A stretch of DNA of 64,000 nucleotides from a virus. Taxonomy: Duplodnaviria; Caudoviricetes. Numbering within the stretch: position 1 is the first letter of the stretch; every line of letters starts with the position of its first letter. The stretch is from positions 7,874 to 71,873 of IMG/VR virus record IMGVR_UViG_3300038393_002374; one strand, given 5' to 3'. A program made the position numbers and the translations under genes. The notes under the pieces are model-generated. The model did not search any database and was not told where the DNA came from. It saw nothing but the letters and a program-made list of their open reading frames with translations. Below, piece after piece: positions 1 to 8,198 of the stretch.

Positions 1-73
1 GCAGGATCAGGCGTCGCGAGCTCTTGGGCGAGCCCCACAGGTTGACCGGGAGAGGTCCCGGGAGGAACCTTGC

Positions 74-808
74 TCATCCTTCTTTCTCCTGTTTGGAGAG
101 GAGGGAATGGGCGAGCAAAAGCCTCGCGTAGTCGTGGACATCCAGACGATCAGGAACCTTTAAGCCGAGAGCCAGGTTCCAATCGCCGTCGCGAATGTGC
201 CCTAGCCCCTCCCTCAACTCCTCCACCTGCGCCTCCACCTGCGCCTCCACCTGCGCCTGAAGGCGTTCGGCGCGGGCTTCGAGTTCGGTCCTGATGCACG
301 AGGGCAGTTCACCGTCATGCTCGCCGAAATGCTCACGCCCCTCGGCGTCGTTCGTCGCGACAAATCCGCAATGCCAGCACTGCCAGAAGCGCGACGCCGA
401 CGCCCATTGCCGCGCGAGTAGGAGCGGGTTGTGGTGGCATTCGCCGGCGCCGTGGCCGCTGTCCTCGCAGACCCGGCATCCCATGCTGTCGCCTTCGACT
501 AGGGCCATCTTGGCGTTCTGGAGCGCCTCGATGGCTTCGTCGTAGTCTTCGGCGGTCAGCTCCCCCGTGCGGTAGACGACGCTGAACATGTCCTCGAACT
601 TGGAGGGAACAGGCTTCAGTCGCGCGTTCTCCCCCTCAAGCGCCCTGATCCTGTCGGCGGCGGCGCGGCTGGCGTTCGCAAGCGCGGTGATTATGGAATC
701 GGCGGCTCCGGGGTCGATTTCGCGACCATTGCCGATACGATCAGCGAGTCCCATCGCCGCCTTGGCGTCAGTCTCCAACCGCTCCACCAGCTTCTGATCT
801 TCAGTCAT
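74..808 (-). CDS. Hypothetical phage protein with Cys/His zinc-finger-like motifs and coiled coils
   Basis: ORF 74..847, likely start MTEDQK at 808; CRVC..ECHH and CWHC..EH motifs; chained overlap with neighbours. Confidence 0.6.
   Translation of the reverse strand: MTEDQKLVERLETDAKAAMGLADRIGNGREIDPGAADSIITALANASRAAADRIRALEGENARLKPVPSKFEDMFSVVYRTGELTAEDYDEAIEALQNAKMALVEGDSMGCRVCEDSGHGAGECHHNPLLLARQWASASRFWQCWHCGFVATNDAEGREHFGEHDGELPSCIRTELEARAERLQAQVEAQVEAQVEELREGLGHIRDGDWNLALGLKVPDRLDVHDYARLLLAHSLLSKQEKEG
221..257. repeat. 12-bp tandem repeat (CTCCACCTGCGC x3) encoding AQVE repeats
   Basis: Seen directly; in frame within CDS 74..808. Confidence 0.8.
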
Positions 809-1109
809 GGTTGGGGTCCTGTCCTGCGGAGCGCCACTCAAAGTCATAGCGCCAAGGTTGCTCGCTCAGCTCCCAGCGCCCGCACTCGGGGTGTTCAAGA
901 GAGAGGGCGCACGTCGGCCAAGGAGGCGTTCCGCGAACATTTCCGCCTTGGTTGCTATAGTGGACGCAGGACCAACAACCGTCCGGCATCTTTGCACCGG
1001 AGGCGTGTTGGCGGTCGGGAATCTGCGCCTTGTCACGAGCCGCGTGCAGCTTGGCGACCAGTGCCGCCACATCGGCGTCGTATCTAGTATTATGACCAGC
1101 CCTCGCCAT
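801..1109 (-). CDS. Hypothetical phage protein
   Basis: MARAGH start with GGAGG RBS, overlapping stop of upstream gene. Confidence 0.5.
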   Translation of the reverse strand: MARAGHNTRYDADVAALVAKLHAARDKAQIPDRQHASGAKMPDGCWSCVHYSNQGGNVRGTPPWPTCALSLEHPECGRWELSEQPWRYDFEWRSAGQDPNHD

Positions 1110-1627
1110 TACTCGGCCTCCTGTTGGGAGATGAGGGTTGGAGGGGCGGGGAGGGCCTGACCCGACCACACCCAGGCGGTCACCGATCCGGGCCGGAGAA
1201 TGAACCCCTCACGCCCGTCCGGTACTGACCAGCCCGGCTCGCCGTGGCGCGGACCATCGTCCCAATTGACGATCCGATAGCGTCGCCAAACCTTGTGGTA
1301 GATCGTGAACAGCCGCCCGTCTCGCGGCGCCGTCTCCATCGTCCGCCACTCGTCCTTAGGGAGAAGGGCGAGACGGCGTGCAGCCTCTTCGATCAGCTCC
1401 AGTTCGCCGCCGTTGAGCAGCAGCCCTTGGTTGGCCCGCGCCACGATCTGCGTCAGCTTGCCGGGCAGGCCTTCAGTGGGGTCCTCGGGGTCGATCAGGG
1501 CGATGATCGCATCGACAGCCTTTTCGATGCCCCCTTCATCGTGACCGAGCCCCATTCCCCTTACCTGGGCAGGGATATGTCGATGGATTTCCCTCGCGAT
1601 CTGCTCGCGGAGTTCCTGTTCAGGCAT
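1109..1627 (-). CDS. Hypothetical phage protein with DUF551-like C-terminal domain
   Basis: 'EWRTMETAPRDG...TAW..LPAPP' signature; GAGGAG RBS. Confidence 0.55.
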   Translation of the reverse strand: MPEQELREQIAREIHRHIPAQVRGMGLGHDEGGIEKAVDAIIALIDPEDPTEGLPGKLTQIVARANQGLLLNGGELELIEEAARRLALLPKDEWRTMETAPRDGRLFTIYHKVWRRYRIVNWDDGPRHGEPGWSVPDGREGFILRPGSVTAWVWSGQALPAPPTLISQQEAE

Positions 1628-1835
1628 GAGGCGGCTCCTCGAATCTGAAGCCGTGCATCTGATGGGCTTCACGGACGCGATCTATGGCGTCGGACAGGCG
1701 GTTGAACTTGTCGACCGGGCGCTCATAGGGGCGCAGGTCGTCGCGCATCCAGTCGAGCACCACCTGGGCGGCGTCGAACAGTTCGCTATAGGCTTCGTGG
1801 CCCACGAGTTGGACGGGCTTCGCCTGTTCAGGCAT
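1620..1835 (-). CDS. Hypothetical phage protein
   Basis: GGAGG RBS, coupled overlaps. Confidence 0.55.
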   Translation of the reverse strand: MPEQAKPVQLVGHEAYSELFDAAQVVLDWMRDDLRPYERPVDKFNRLSDAIDRVREAHQMHGFRFEEPPHA

Positions 1836-2124
1836 TGGGTTCCTCCAACGGCCTGCGGTCGGGGCAAACGAGGGCGAGACAGCTATCGGGCGACGCTTCT
1901 CGGCAGCGGGAGCATTCGAACTCCTCGTCGTACCAGAGGTCGATTTCGGCCTTCGCCGCCTCCAGGCTCGGCGCGGAACCGCAGCGGTTGTCCGCTGGTC
2001 CCTCGTCGCCGTAAGTGGGCGCGCCGTCGTAGTCGTCGTGCCAGAAGTGCCAGTCGCAGTTGCGAGACGGGATCGGCGGGGGATCGTAGTCGATCCACCA
2101 ATTGCGGTAGCGGAGCTTAGGCAT
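1828..2124 (-). CDS. Conserved hypothetical phage protein
   Basis: 'YRNWWIDYDPPPIPSRNCDWHFWHDDYDG' typical phage early protein; AGGAG RBS. Confidence 0.65.
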   Translation of the reverse strand: MPKLRYRNWWIDYDPPPIPSRNCDWHFWHDDYDGAPTYGDEGPADNRCGSAPSLEAAKAEIDLWYDEEFECSRCREASPDSCLALVCPDRRPLEEPNA

Positions 2125-2623
2125 GGGATTGCTCCTGGGAGATGAGGGCCTTTAGGAGGGCGGCGAGGAGGGCGATGGCGGGGGTTGCGCCCGAGCCCTG
2201 ATACTTGCCTCCCGGCTCGTACAGGCCGATGGCCGCCCAGAACTTGTGATGTGGTTCTAGTCGCTGGCCGCGGTCGTTATTTTGAAGGCCCCAGCTTTCG
2301 CCGGGTAGCACCCGCTCACACAACGCCAACGCGGCGTCGAGAGAGGCGGTGTAGAGTGGGAGCTTGTCGAAGACGCTTTCCGGCACGCCTTCCAAGTCTG
2401 GGCGGCCAGTTGCCTCCATAGACCAAACGCCCCAGAGCGAGCCGCTGCGATCCACCTTGACGCCAAACAGAACTTCGCAGAGCGCGGCGTCCAATTCCCT
2501 ATCCGGCCCCGTCGCCCCTTCGACCCTGGCGAGTAGGGATTTGAGAGTGGGGAGGTCAATGTCCGGCACGGCGAAGGTCTTTCCTGCTCCAGGGCCAACG
2601 TCTGTCGGCCTCGCGGTTGTCAT
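2117..2623 (-). CDS. Hypothetical phage protein (ABA-sandwich-like)
   Basis: 'GPDRELDAAL...PLYTASLDAALAL...ATPAIALLAALL' pattern. Confidence 0.6.
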   Translation of the reverse strand: MTTARPTDVGPGAGKTFAVPDIDLPTLKSLLARVEGATGPDRELDAALCEVLFGVKVDRSGSLWGVWSMEATGRPDLEGVPESVFDKLPLYTASLDAALALCERVLPGESWGLQNNDRGQRLEPHHKFWAAIGLYEPGGKYQGSGATPAIALLAALLKALISQEQSHA

Positions 2624-2884
2624 CCATAGTCAGGCCGGGGTGCATGGTGGTGCGCGTGCTCCAGAAGCGGTCCCACTCCTCGGAGAGCACGGTCGGCGGC
2701 CGATAGATCACGGCGCCAAAGACGACGGCCCGGTGGTGGTCGAAGTCGAGCGAACGACGCTGGAAGGCCGGGCCACGGCCCTCCCAGAAGTCCGTCCACT
2801 CATTTCCGGTGATCGACGGCGGACGCATGATCCACACCGCGCAGACGCGCGCGGAGTTGCGGGTCAGCTTCCAGACGATGTCGA

Positions 2885-3316
2885 TCACCGCGTCACCTCA
2901 AGCGTCATCAGATTGGGCAGCATGGCGCGGGCGGCATCGAGGAAGCGGATGTCCTCGGAGAGGATGAAGGCCGGCTCCCCCATGAGCATCTCCTGGGGCC
3001 CGACCTGGATCATCTCGGCCTTGACCTCGTGGGAGGGCCGGAAGTCGTTCGGCTTGCGCATCATCAGCACGTCGCCGGGGACGTCGTGGCGCGCCAGCCA
3101 CTCCTGGCAGCGGATCATCCAGCCCGAGGGCTGGTCGGTCACCAGAACGATCTCGACGGCGCTGCGGCGCAGGCCCTGCACCAGGAGGCAGAGGCGCAGG
3201 TCCGGCGGGTCGTTGATGGCGGCGGCGTGGTAGACGTGCCAGTCGCCCTGGGCGCGCAGGTCCTCGCGCCAGCCGGAGAGGCGCAGGGCATCGAGGTCGA
3301 CGACTGCGACGGTCAT
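2885..3316 (-). CDS. HAD-fold protein resembling the 3'-phosphatase domain of T4 polynucleotide kinase (degenerate)
   Basis: VVDLD motif I, 'LMMRKPNDFRPSHEVK', 'SEDIR'. Confidence 0.55.
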   Translation of the reverse strand: MTVAVVDLDALRLSGWREDLRAQGDWHVYHAAAINDPPDLRLCLLVQGLRRSAVEIVLVTDQPSGWMIRCQEWLARHDVPGDVLMMRKPNDFRPSHEVKAEMIQVGPQEMLMGEPAFILSEDIRFLDAARAMLPNLMTLEVTR

Positions 3317-3669
3317 CCGGTCTTAGTCCGGGACGCGGCGCGGTCCAGGCGCTCGATCTCGGCGATGATCAGGGCCCCGGCCCGCACGAGGTCGCGACGG
3401 CGGTCCTTGGGCTTCCACCAGCTCTTGCCCCACGGCCAGCGCGGAGAAAATTGATCCTTACACGTCTCTCGAACTGAATCCGAATAGGTTGACCACTCGG
3501 CATAGCAGCTTGCCGCCGCTGCGATCTCACCCAAGTAATAGGAATCATCACGCAGGATCGTATTCCCTTCTTCCGCGATCTGACGCACGCGCTCACTGAT
3601 CAGCTCGTGGGCGACGGCGTCGATGTGGGAGAGGGTATTGTGCGAGGGGTAGGTGGTCACGGGCGGCAT
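3313..3669 (-). CDS. Conserved phage protein
   Basis: 'ERVRQI..EG...WPW...WWKPKDRRRDLVRAGALIIAEIERLDR' widespread phage domain. Confidence 0.7.
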   Translation of the reverse strand: MPPVTTYPSHNTLSHIDAVAHELISERVRQIAEEGNTILRDDSYYLGEIAAAASCYAEWSTYSDSVRETCKDQFSPRWPWGKSWWKPKDRRRDLVRAGALIIAEIERLDRAASRTKTG

Positions 3670-3938
3670 CCCTCGAACCAGTCGACCTCAAGATCGGGCA
3701 GCGAACGCACCCGGCCGGCCAAGCGGTAGGAGTTGCGCTCGAAGTAGTGCGCCGGGTAGGTCTGGCAGCCGGTGATGTCGCCGGACATGTCCACCGCCAG
3801 GAGGTGGGCATTCTGGCCGCGCACGGCGACGCAGACCCAGAAACCGGATGGGCCGCCGTACTTTCGGAATACGTCGCCGGGCTCGGGCATGGGACCGCGG
3901 CGCATTTCCTCCGGCATTCCCTCGACATTGATACGCAT
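3657..3938 (-). CDS. Hypothetical phage protein
   Basis: Start MRINVEG after GAGGAG RBS. Confidence 0.55.
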   Translation of the reverse strand: MRINVEGMPEEMRRGPMPEPGDVFRKYGGPSGFWVCVAVRGQNAHLLAVDMSGDITGCQTYPAHYFERNSYRLAGRVRSLPDLEVDWFEGCRP

Positions 3939-3954
3939 CGGACGCCGCACTCCT

Positions 3955-4164
3955 CTAAGTGATGTTTCCGTGGTGGACGGCCAGAAAGTGGACGTCGGCC
4001 CTCTCATTGCCCGGCGTCCAGGGGCGCTCGTGCAGGACCCATACCTGTTTGAAATCCCTGCCGGGCAAGCGGAACACATCGCCGTTGGCCGGGGCCTGAG
4101 GCATTTCGCCCTCCCACAGGACGGAGCCGCGGGTGTCCTCCCTGAGGACCATCACGCGGACCAT
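3955..4164 (-). CDS. Hypothetical phage protein
   Basis: AAGGAG RBS, abuts upstream stop. Confidence 0.5.
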   Translation of the reverse strand: MVRVMVLREDTRGSVLWEGEMPQAPANGDVFRLPGRDFKQVWVLHERPWTPGNERADVHFLAVHHGNIT

Positions 4165-4827
4165 TCAGGCGTGCTCCTTGTCCTTGAGGGTCTTGGCGGT
4201 GACCGCGGCGGCGTCCTCGACGGGGAGGTCCAGGATGGCGTTGAGCTTGGCGCGCGGGACCGCCGGCAGCGGGATGGGCTTGGCGATCAGCCAGTCGCGG
4301 ACGAAGGGCTCGGCCTCGGGCCAGTCCTTGATCATGGCATGGATCGTGGTGAACTTGGCGACGGAGCTGGTCAGGAGGACCTCGGTGTCCTTGACCTGCT
4401 TCTTCAGCGCGGACCAGTCGGCGGCGATCTGCTCATAGGTCAGGCTGAACTCGTGTTCCAACGGATAGACCTTGAGGCACTTGTCCTTGTCCTTCTGCGG
4501 GAAGAGCCGATAGTCGATCTGGTTGCTGCGGTTGACGATATGGAGGAACGGGGACCAGAGGTCGGTGCGTCCGTCGAAAGTCAGACGGGCATAACCGCGC
4601 GGGCTTTCGCCGAACTGGACCCTGATGCCGTTATCCTCGGGCAGCCAGCCCTCGGGAATGGTGTTCATCTTCAGGCGCGTGGCCTTGGAGTAGACGTCGT
4701 CGTAGACATCGGCGGCCAGCTTGGCGCGACGGTCGATGATCGCCTGGATGGCGTCCTTGTAGCGGTGCGTCAGGAGACGCCGCACGAGGATTTCGCGCAT
4801 GTCGTTGGTGAGGCGCACGGAACTCAT
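4165..4827 (-). CDS. Nmad5-like (nucleotide modification associated domain 5) protein
   Basis: 'MSSVRLTNDMREIL...TTIHAMIKDWPEA...LPAV...LNAILDLP' matches the family pattern. Confidence 0.6.
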   Translation of the reverse strand: MSSVRLTNDMREILVRRLLTHRYKDAIQAIIDRRAKLAADVYDDVYSKATRLKMNTIPEGWLPEDNGIRVQFGESPRGYARLTFDGRTDLWSPFLHIVNRSNQIDYRLFPQKDKDKCLKVYPLEHEFSLTYEQIAADWSALKKQVKDTEVLLTSSVAKFTTIHAMIKDWPEAEPFVRDWLIAKPIPLPAVPRAKLNAILDLPVEDAAAVTAKTLKDKEHA

Positions 4828-5246
4828 TTGCAGACGTCCTCCAGCTTGGCGCCGGGCGCGACGCGCTCCAGCGGGGTTGTGTCGTAGTCGGCCACCCACC
4901 AGCGACCGGCGGCGTCGGCGTAGACGTTGTGACCGTGGCGGCAGGCCGCGATGAGGCTCATGCGGTCGAGCGCCTTGGCGCAACCCGCGAGCGTGAGCAG
5001 CACGAGGGCCATGGTGACCGCCTTGGCGGAGCCGGGGAGCGGACCGCAGCGGCGGCACAGGCGCTGGCCCTGGCGATCCTTCTTGATCCTGGCGTGGCCG
5101 CAGCTCGGGCAACTGGCCATGACGTTGGTGTTCCTTTCGAAGATGATCTTGGCAGGAGGGACTTCGCCCTTGCGGGTGGAAGTTCGACGCGTGTCCCACG
5201 CCCCTCCTGCGTCCGACCTCTCGGACATACTATGTCCGTCGCGCAT
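4824..5246 (-). CDS. Hypothetical protein, zinc ribbon plus lipobox-like segment
   Basis: CPSC...CRRC; LAGC; start uncertain. Confidence 0.4.
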   Translation of the reverse strand: MRDGHSMSERSDAGGAWDTRRTSTRKGEVPPAKIIFERNTNVMASCPSCGHARIKKDRQGQRLCRRCGPLPGSAKAVTMALVLLTLAGCAKALDRMSLIAACRHGHNVYADAAGRWWVADYDTTPLERVAPGAKLEDVCK

Positions 5247-5315
5247 ATGCGCGACCCTCGACCACTCCTCTGGGACTCAGGGGCAAGAGGTCATCGTCGA
5301 GGCCATTCTTGTGTG

Positions 5316-5822
5316 TCAGATCGGATCGGCCGGGGTCGGCGGCTCCGGGGCCTGGGGCTGCGCGTCGCCGAAAGTCTGACCGGCGGCGCCGGGAGCTGCG
5401 GCCGGGAGGGCGCGGGCGCCGTGGACGATGTCGAGGTCCGTCAGGCCGATCTGGTCCAGGCCCAGCGACTTGGACAGCTCGGCGCGCTTGCGGTTCTCCT
5501 CGGCGTCGCCGATGCGGTCGATGACGATCTTCTCCTGGCGCACCATCTCGTCGAATTGCGCGGTGTCCACCCGGCCCACGATCCAGTCGTAGTCCTGGGG
5601 CGAATCGAAGTTCACCCGGAAGTCGATCTCGGTGACCTTGCAGACCGTGAAGCCGTGGCGGGTGCTGGTCCGCACCACCACGAAGTCGTCCTTCTTGAGG
5701 GTGGGGTCGAGGGTCTTGAACAGCCGGTTGGGGTCGTTGTGCTTGGGCACGTCGGGGTCGTAGGAGACCCGCACCGGGCGGACCTCCTTGTTGACCAGCA
5801 TGATGGCGGAGGTGAGGTTCAT
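5316..5822 (-). CDS. Conserved hypothetical phage protein
   Basis: Start MNLTSAI with AGGGA RBS; strong GC3 bias. Confidence 0.7.
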   Translation of the reverse strand: MNLTSAIMLVNKEVRPVRVSYDPDVPKHNDPNRLFKTLDPTLKKDDFVVVRTSTRHGFTVCKVTEIDFRVNFDSPQDYDWIVGRVDTAQFDEMVRQEKIVIDRIGDAEENRKRAELSKSLGLDQIGLTDLDIVHGARALPAAAPGAAGQTFGDAQPQAPEPPTPADPI

Positions 5823-5848
5823 GGTTCTGTCCCTTCCGATGGGGTTGA

Positions 5849-6682
5849 TCACATGGCGCCGTCGTTGCCGGCGGGGGCCGGATCGGCCGGGGCGGCGTCG
5901 TCGGTGTCGATGGCCTTCTCGCCCGCGGCCATCTGGGCGTTGAGCTTCTGGCCGCGGTCGTACTCGGCCTGGGTCTGCACCCAGCCGGCGTCCTGCACCT
6001 CGATCACGTTCCACGTGCCGGCGGCGTTGGTGCGCTGCTTGGTGGTCAGCCGGTAGAGGCAGGCCCAGGACGGCGCCGAGCCGCCGGGAACCTGCTTGGA
6101 GTTCATCAGCACCATCCACTGCTTGGAGACGGTGTGGCCGGTGGACTTGAAGGGGATCACGTAGGGCATGGCCGAGCCGTCCGGCAGGATGACGTAGCCC
6201 ACGTGGTAGCGGGTCTCGATCATCTCGTTGCCGTTCGGACGGACCATCTTCTTCTGCATGGTCCCCGGCTTGTCGTCGCTCTCGACTTCGGTCTCCACCG
6301 CGTCGTCCGGGCAGGTCGGGTAGCGGCCGACGAGGCCGCCGCCCTTGGAGCGCGGAATCCATTCCACCCAGTCCTTGTCGAAGTAGCAGGGCTGGAACAG
6401 GAAGCCCTCGTCGCCGTCGAAGACCGTCTTGGTCCCCTTCAGCCAGAAGTCGCCGTCCTTGGCGCCGTCGATGTAGTCCGGGCCGCGCCGATTGACCTGC
6501 GGGCTGTTCGACTGCAGCACGTAGACCAGCGGGATCAGGTTGTCCTCGGCGGCCTGCGACGTGCCCCTGCCGGCGTCGGCGACGATCTGGGCCTGCAGGA
6601 AGGCCGGCGGCGCGGCGCCGGCGGCGCCGGCGGTGACGGTCGGGAGCTGGGGGTCGTTCAGGGGGGCGGGGGCCTTGGCCAT
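5849..6682 (-). CDS. Putative ssDNA-binding/replication protein
   Basis: 'IPLVYVLQSNSPQV..YIDGAKDG' pattern, acidic C-terminal tail, near primase. Confidence 0.55.
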   Translation of the reverse strand: MAKAPAPLNDPQLPTVTAGAAGAAPPAFLQAQIVADAGRGTSQAAEDNLIPLVYVLQSNSPQVNRRGPDYIDGAKDGDFWLKGTKTVFDGDEGFLFQPCYFDKDWVEWIPRSKGGGLVGRYPTCPDDAVETEVESDDKPGTMQKKMVRPNGNEMIETRYHVGYVILPDGSAMPYVIPFKSTGHTVSKQWMVLMNSKQVPGGSAPSWACLYRLTTKQRTNAAGTWNVIEVQDAGWVQTQAEYDRGQKLNAQMAAGEKAIDTDDAAPADPAPAGNDGAM

Positions 6683-6683
6683 G

Positions 6684-6863
6684 TCAGTCGTCCTTCGCTT
6701 GGCCGTCCGCTTGCGGGACGGTTCCGTTGATGATGAATTCGGCCATCTCGGCGGCAGACGCGATGATGTCCTTCGGGTTCGGGAAGTCCTCCGAATGGAG
6801 ATAGATCGAAACCATCAGCTTGGTGGTCTCCAGGCGCAGATGCGCCAGTTGGTCGTCGTCCAT
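6684..6863 (-). CDS. Hypothetical protein
   Basis: MDDDQL start coupled to upstream stop. Confidence 0.5.
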   Translation of the reverse strand: MDDDQLAHLRLETTKLMVSIYLHSEDFPNPKDIIASAAEMAEFIINGTVPQADGQAKDD

Positions 6864-7504
6864 CAGTTCTTGGCCTTTCGTGGCTTGCGGGTGTTGTCGG
6901 TGGCGGCGAGCGGCTTGATGCGGACCACGCGGCCCACCGTGCCGCCGATCAGGTCCAGCTTGGGCATCTTCGAGAACTTCTCGACCTGCTCCTTCACCCA
7001 GGCCGTCAGGGTGGCGTGGGGGACGTCCAGTTTGACCTCCGGGGAGAAGCCGGCCTTGCGCAGGCCGCCGATGACGCGGTCGGCCTGCTCGCGGTCGCTG
7101 CGACCGAAGGCCAAGGTGACGGTGACCTTGACGAGGTCGCCCGCGCCCTCGCCGTCCAGGTAGTCGAAGGCCCTCTGGCGCTTCTCCGGGTCCCAGGAGG
7201 CGGCGATGGAGGCGCGATAGAACGGACCGCACTGGAAGGTCATGCCGGGGGCGTTGCCGTCCGGCTCCAGGTCCAGGCGGCTGAGGCCGAGCTGGTCCAT
7301 CATGTCGGGGAGGGTCTTGGACTCGGCCTCGACGATGCGCCTGTTGACGGCGTCGAGGTGCTCCTGGAGGTCGGCGGCCTCCTGCTTGTCGGCGCGCACC
7401 TCGGCGGCCTTGGCCCTGAGCGCCTCCAGGGCCCCCTGTGGCGGCGCGGCGGGGGCGTCCTTGATGGCCTGGGCGAGGAAGGCGGGGGGATCAGTGGACA
7501 TCAA
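6863..7504 (-). CDS. Conserved phage replication-module protein
   Basis: 'LPDMMDQLGL...AFDYL...GDLVK...VPHATLTAWVKE' pattern usually found beside SSB-like genes. Confidence 0.65.
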   Translation of the reverse strand: MMSTDPPAFLAQAIKDAPAAPPQGALEALRAKAAEVRADKQEAADLQEHLDAVNRRIVEAESKTLPDMMDQLGLSRLDLEPDGNAPGMTFQCGPFYRASIAASWDPEKRQRAFDYLDGEGAGDLVKVTVTLAFGRSDREQADRVIGGLRKAGFSPEVKLDVPHATLTAWVKEQVEKFSKMPKLDLIGGTVGRVVRIKPLAATDNTRKPRKAKN

Positions 7505-7745
7505 GGGGCTCCGGCGGCATCGCGCGGACGTGGTCGTATTTGGAACGGCAGAGTTCCGCGAGCTTCTGGTAGCAGAGTTCGTGATGCGCCTCCGACGTCG
7601 CCGGATTGTTGTTGGCCAGGAGAGCCAGGGCGATGCCGGCGCAACTGAACAGGTCCGCGACGGTGACGTGGATGTCGCCGCGGTTCATCGCCAGGGCCGC
7701 GGCGAAGATGTCGGTCTGGCGGTCGCCGTCCATTTGGGTGGTCAT
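7491..7745 (-). CDS. Hypothetical protein
   Basis: Coupled overlaps. Confidence 0.5.
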   Translation of the reverse strand: MTTQMDGDRQTDIFAAALAMNRGDIHVTVADLFSCAGIALALLANNNPATSEAHHELCYQKLAELCRSKYDHVRAMPPEPLDVH

Positions 7746-7996
7746 TTCGGATTGCCCAGGTAGTCGAGGTCGAGCGCCTCCAGCAGCGGGGGATAGGCGC
7801 GGACCACGTCACGGATCGTCACCGTGAACTCCTTGACGATCTCGCCGCCGCCCCAGGGCTTGCCGCCCGCGATCCGGTGATCGTTCAGATAGACGCACTC
7901 GATCCGGTGATGCCACTTCACGACGGCGAGCCGCAGGGGCGCGTCGAGGTCGTCTCGGGACATGCGAGCGGTCTTGGGTTCTTGGGTGTTGGTCAC
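7742..7996 (-). CDS. Hypothetical protein
   Basis: GTG start with AAGGGG RBS, first gene of leftward operon. Confidence 0.55.
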   Translation of the reverse strand: MTNTQEPKTARMSRDDLDAPLRLAVVKWHHRIECVYLNDHRIAGGKPWGGGEIVKEFTVTIRDVVRAYPPLLEALDLDYLGNPK

Positions 7997-8020
7997 GTTG
8001 GCCCCTTCCGATGGAGCGGG

Positions 8021-8048
8021 AGTATGGGGCCCGGTTAAAAGAAAGCAA
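8021..8048 (-). promoter_or_regulatory. Candidate leftward sigma70 promoter TTGCTT-16-CATACT
   Basis: Divergent intergenic position; resembles other early motifs (see findings). Confidence 0.4.
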
Positions 8049-8198
8049 GCGGGAAATTTTGCGGCCTGGGGTCGCGCCGCGCGGCTGTCCTATGGACAAT
8101 TGTCGAGCTTGGATTTTTAGTCGCATTTCCCGGATGTCGGGTCGGGATTTAATTCGCGGTTTTAGTGAAACCGCGAATTCCAGGAAAAGGGGCGATAA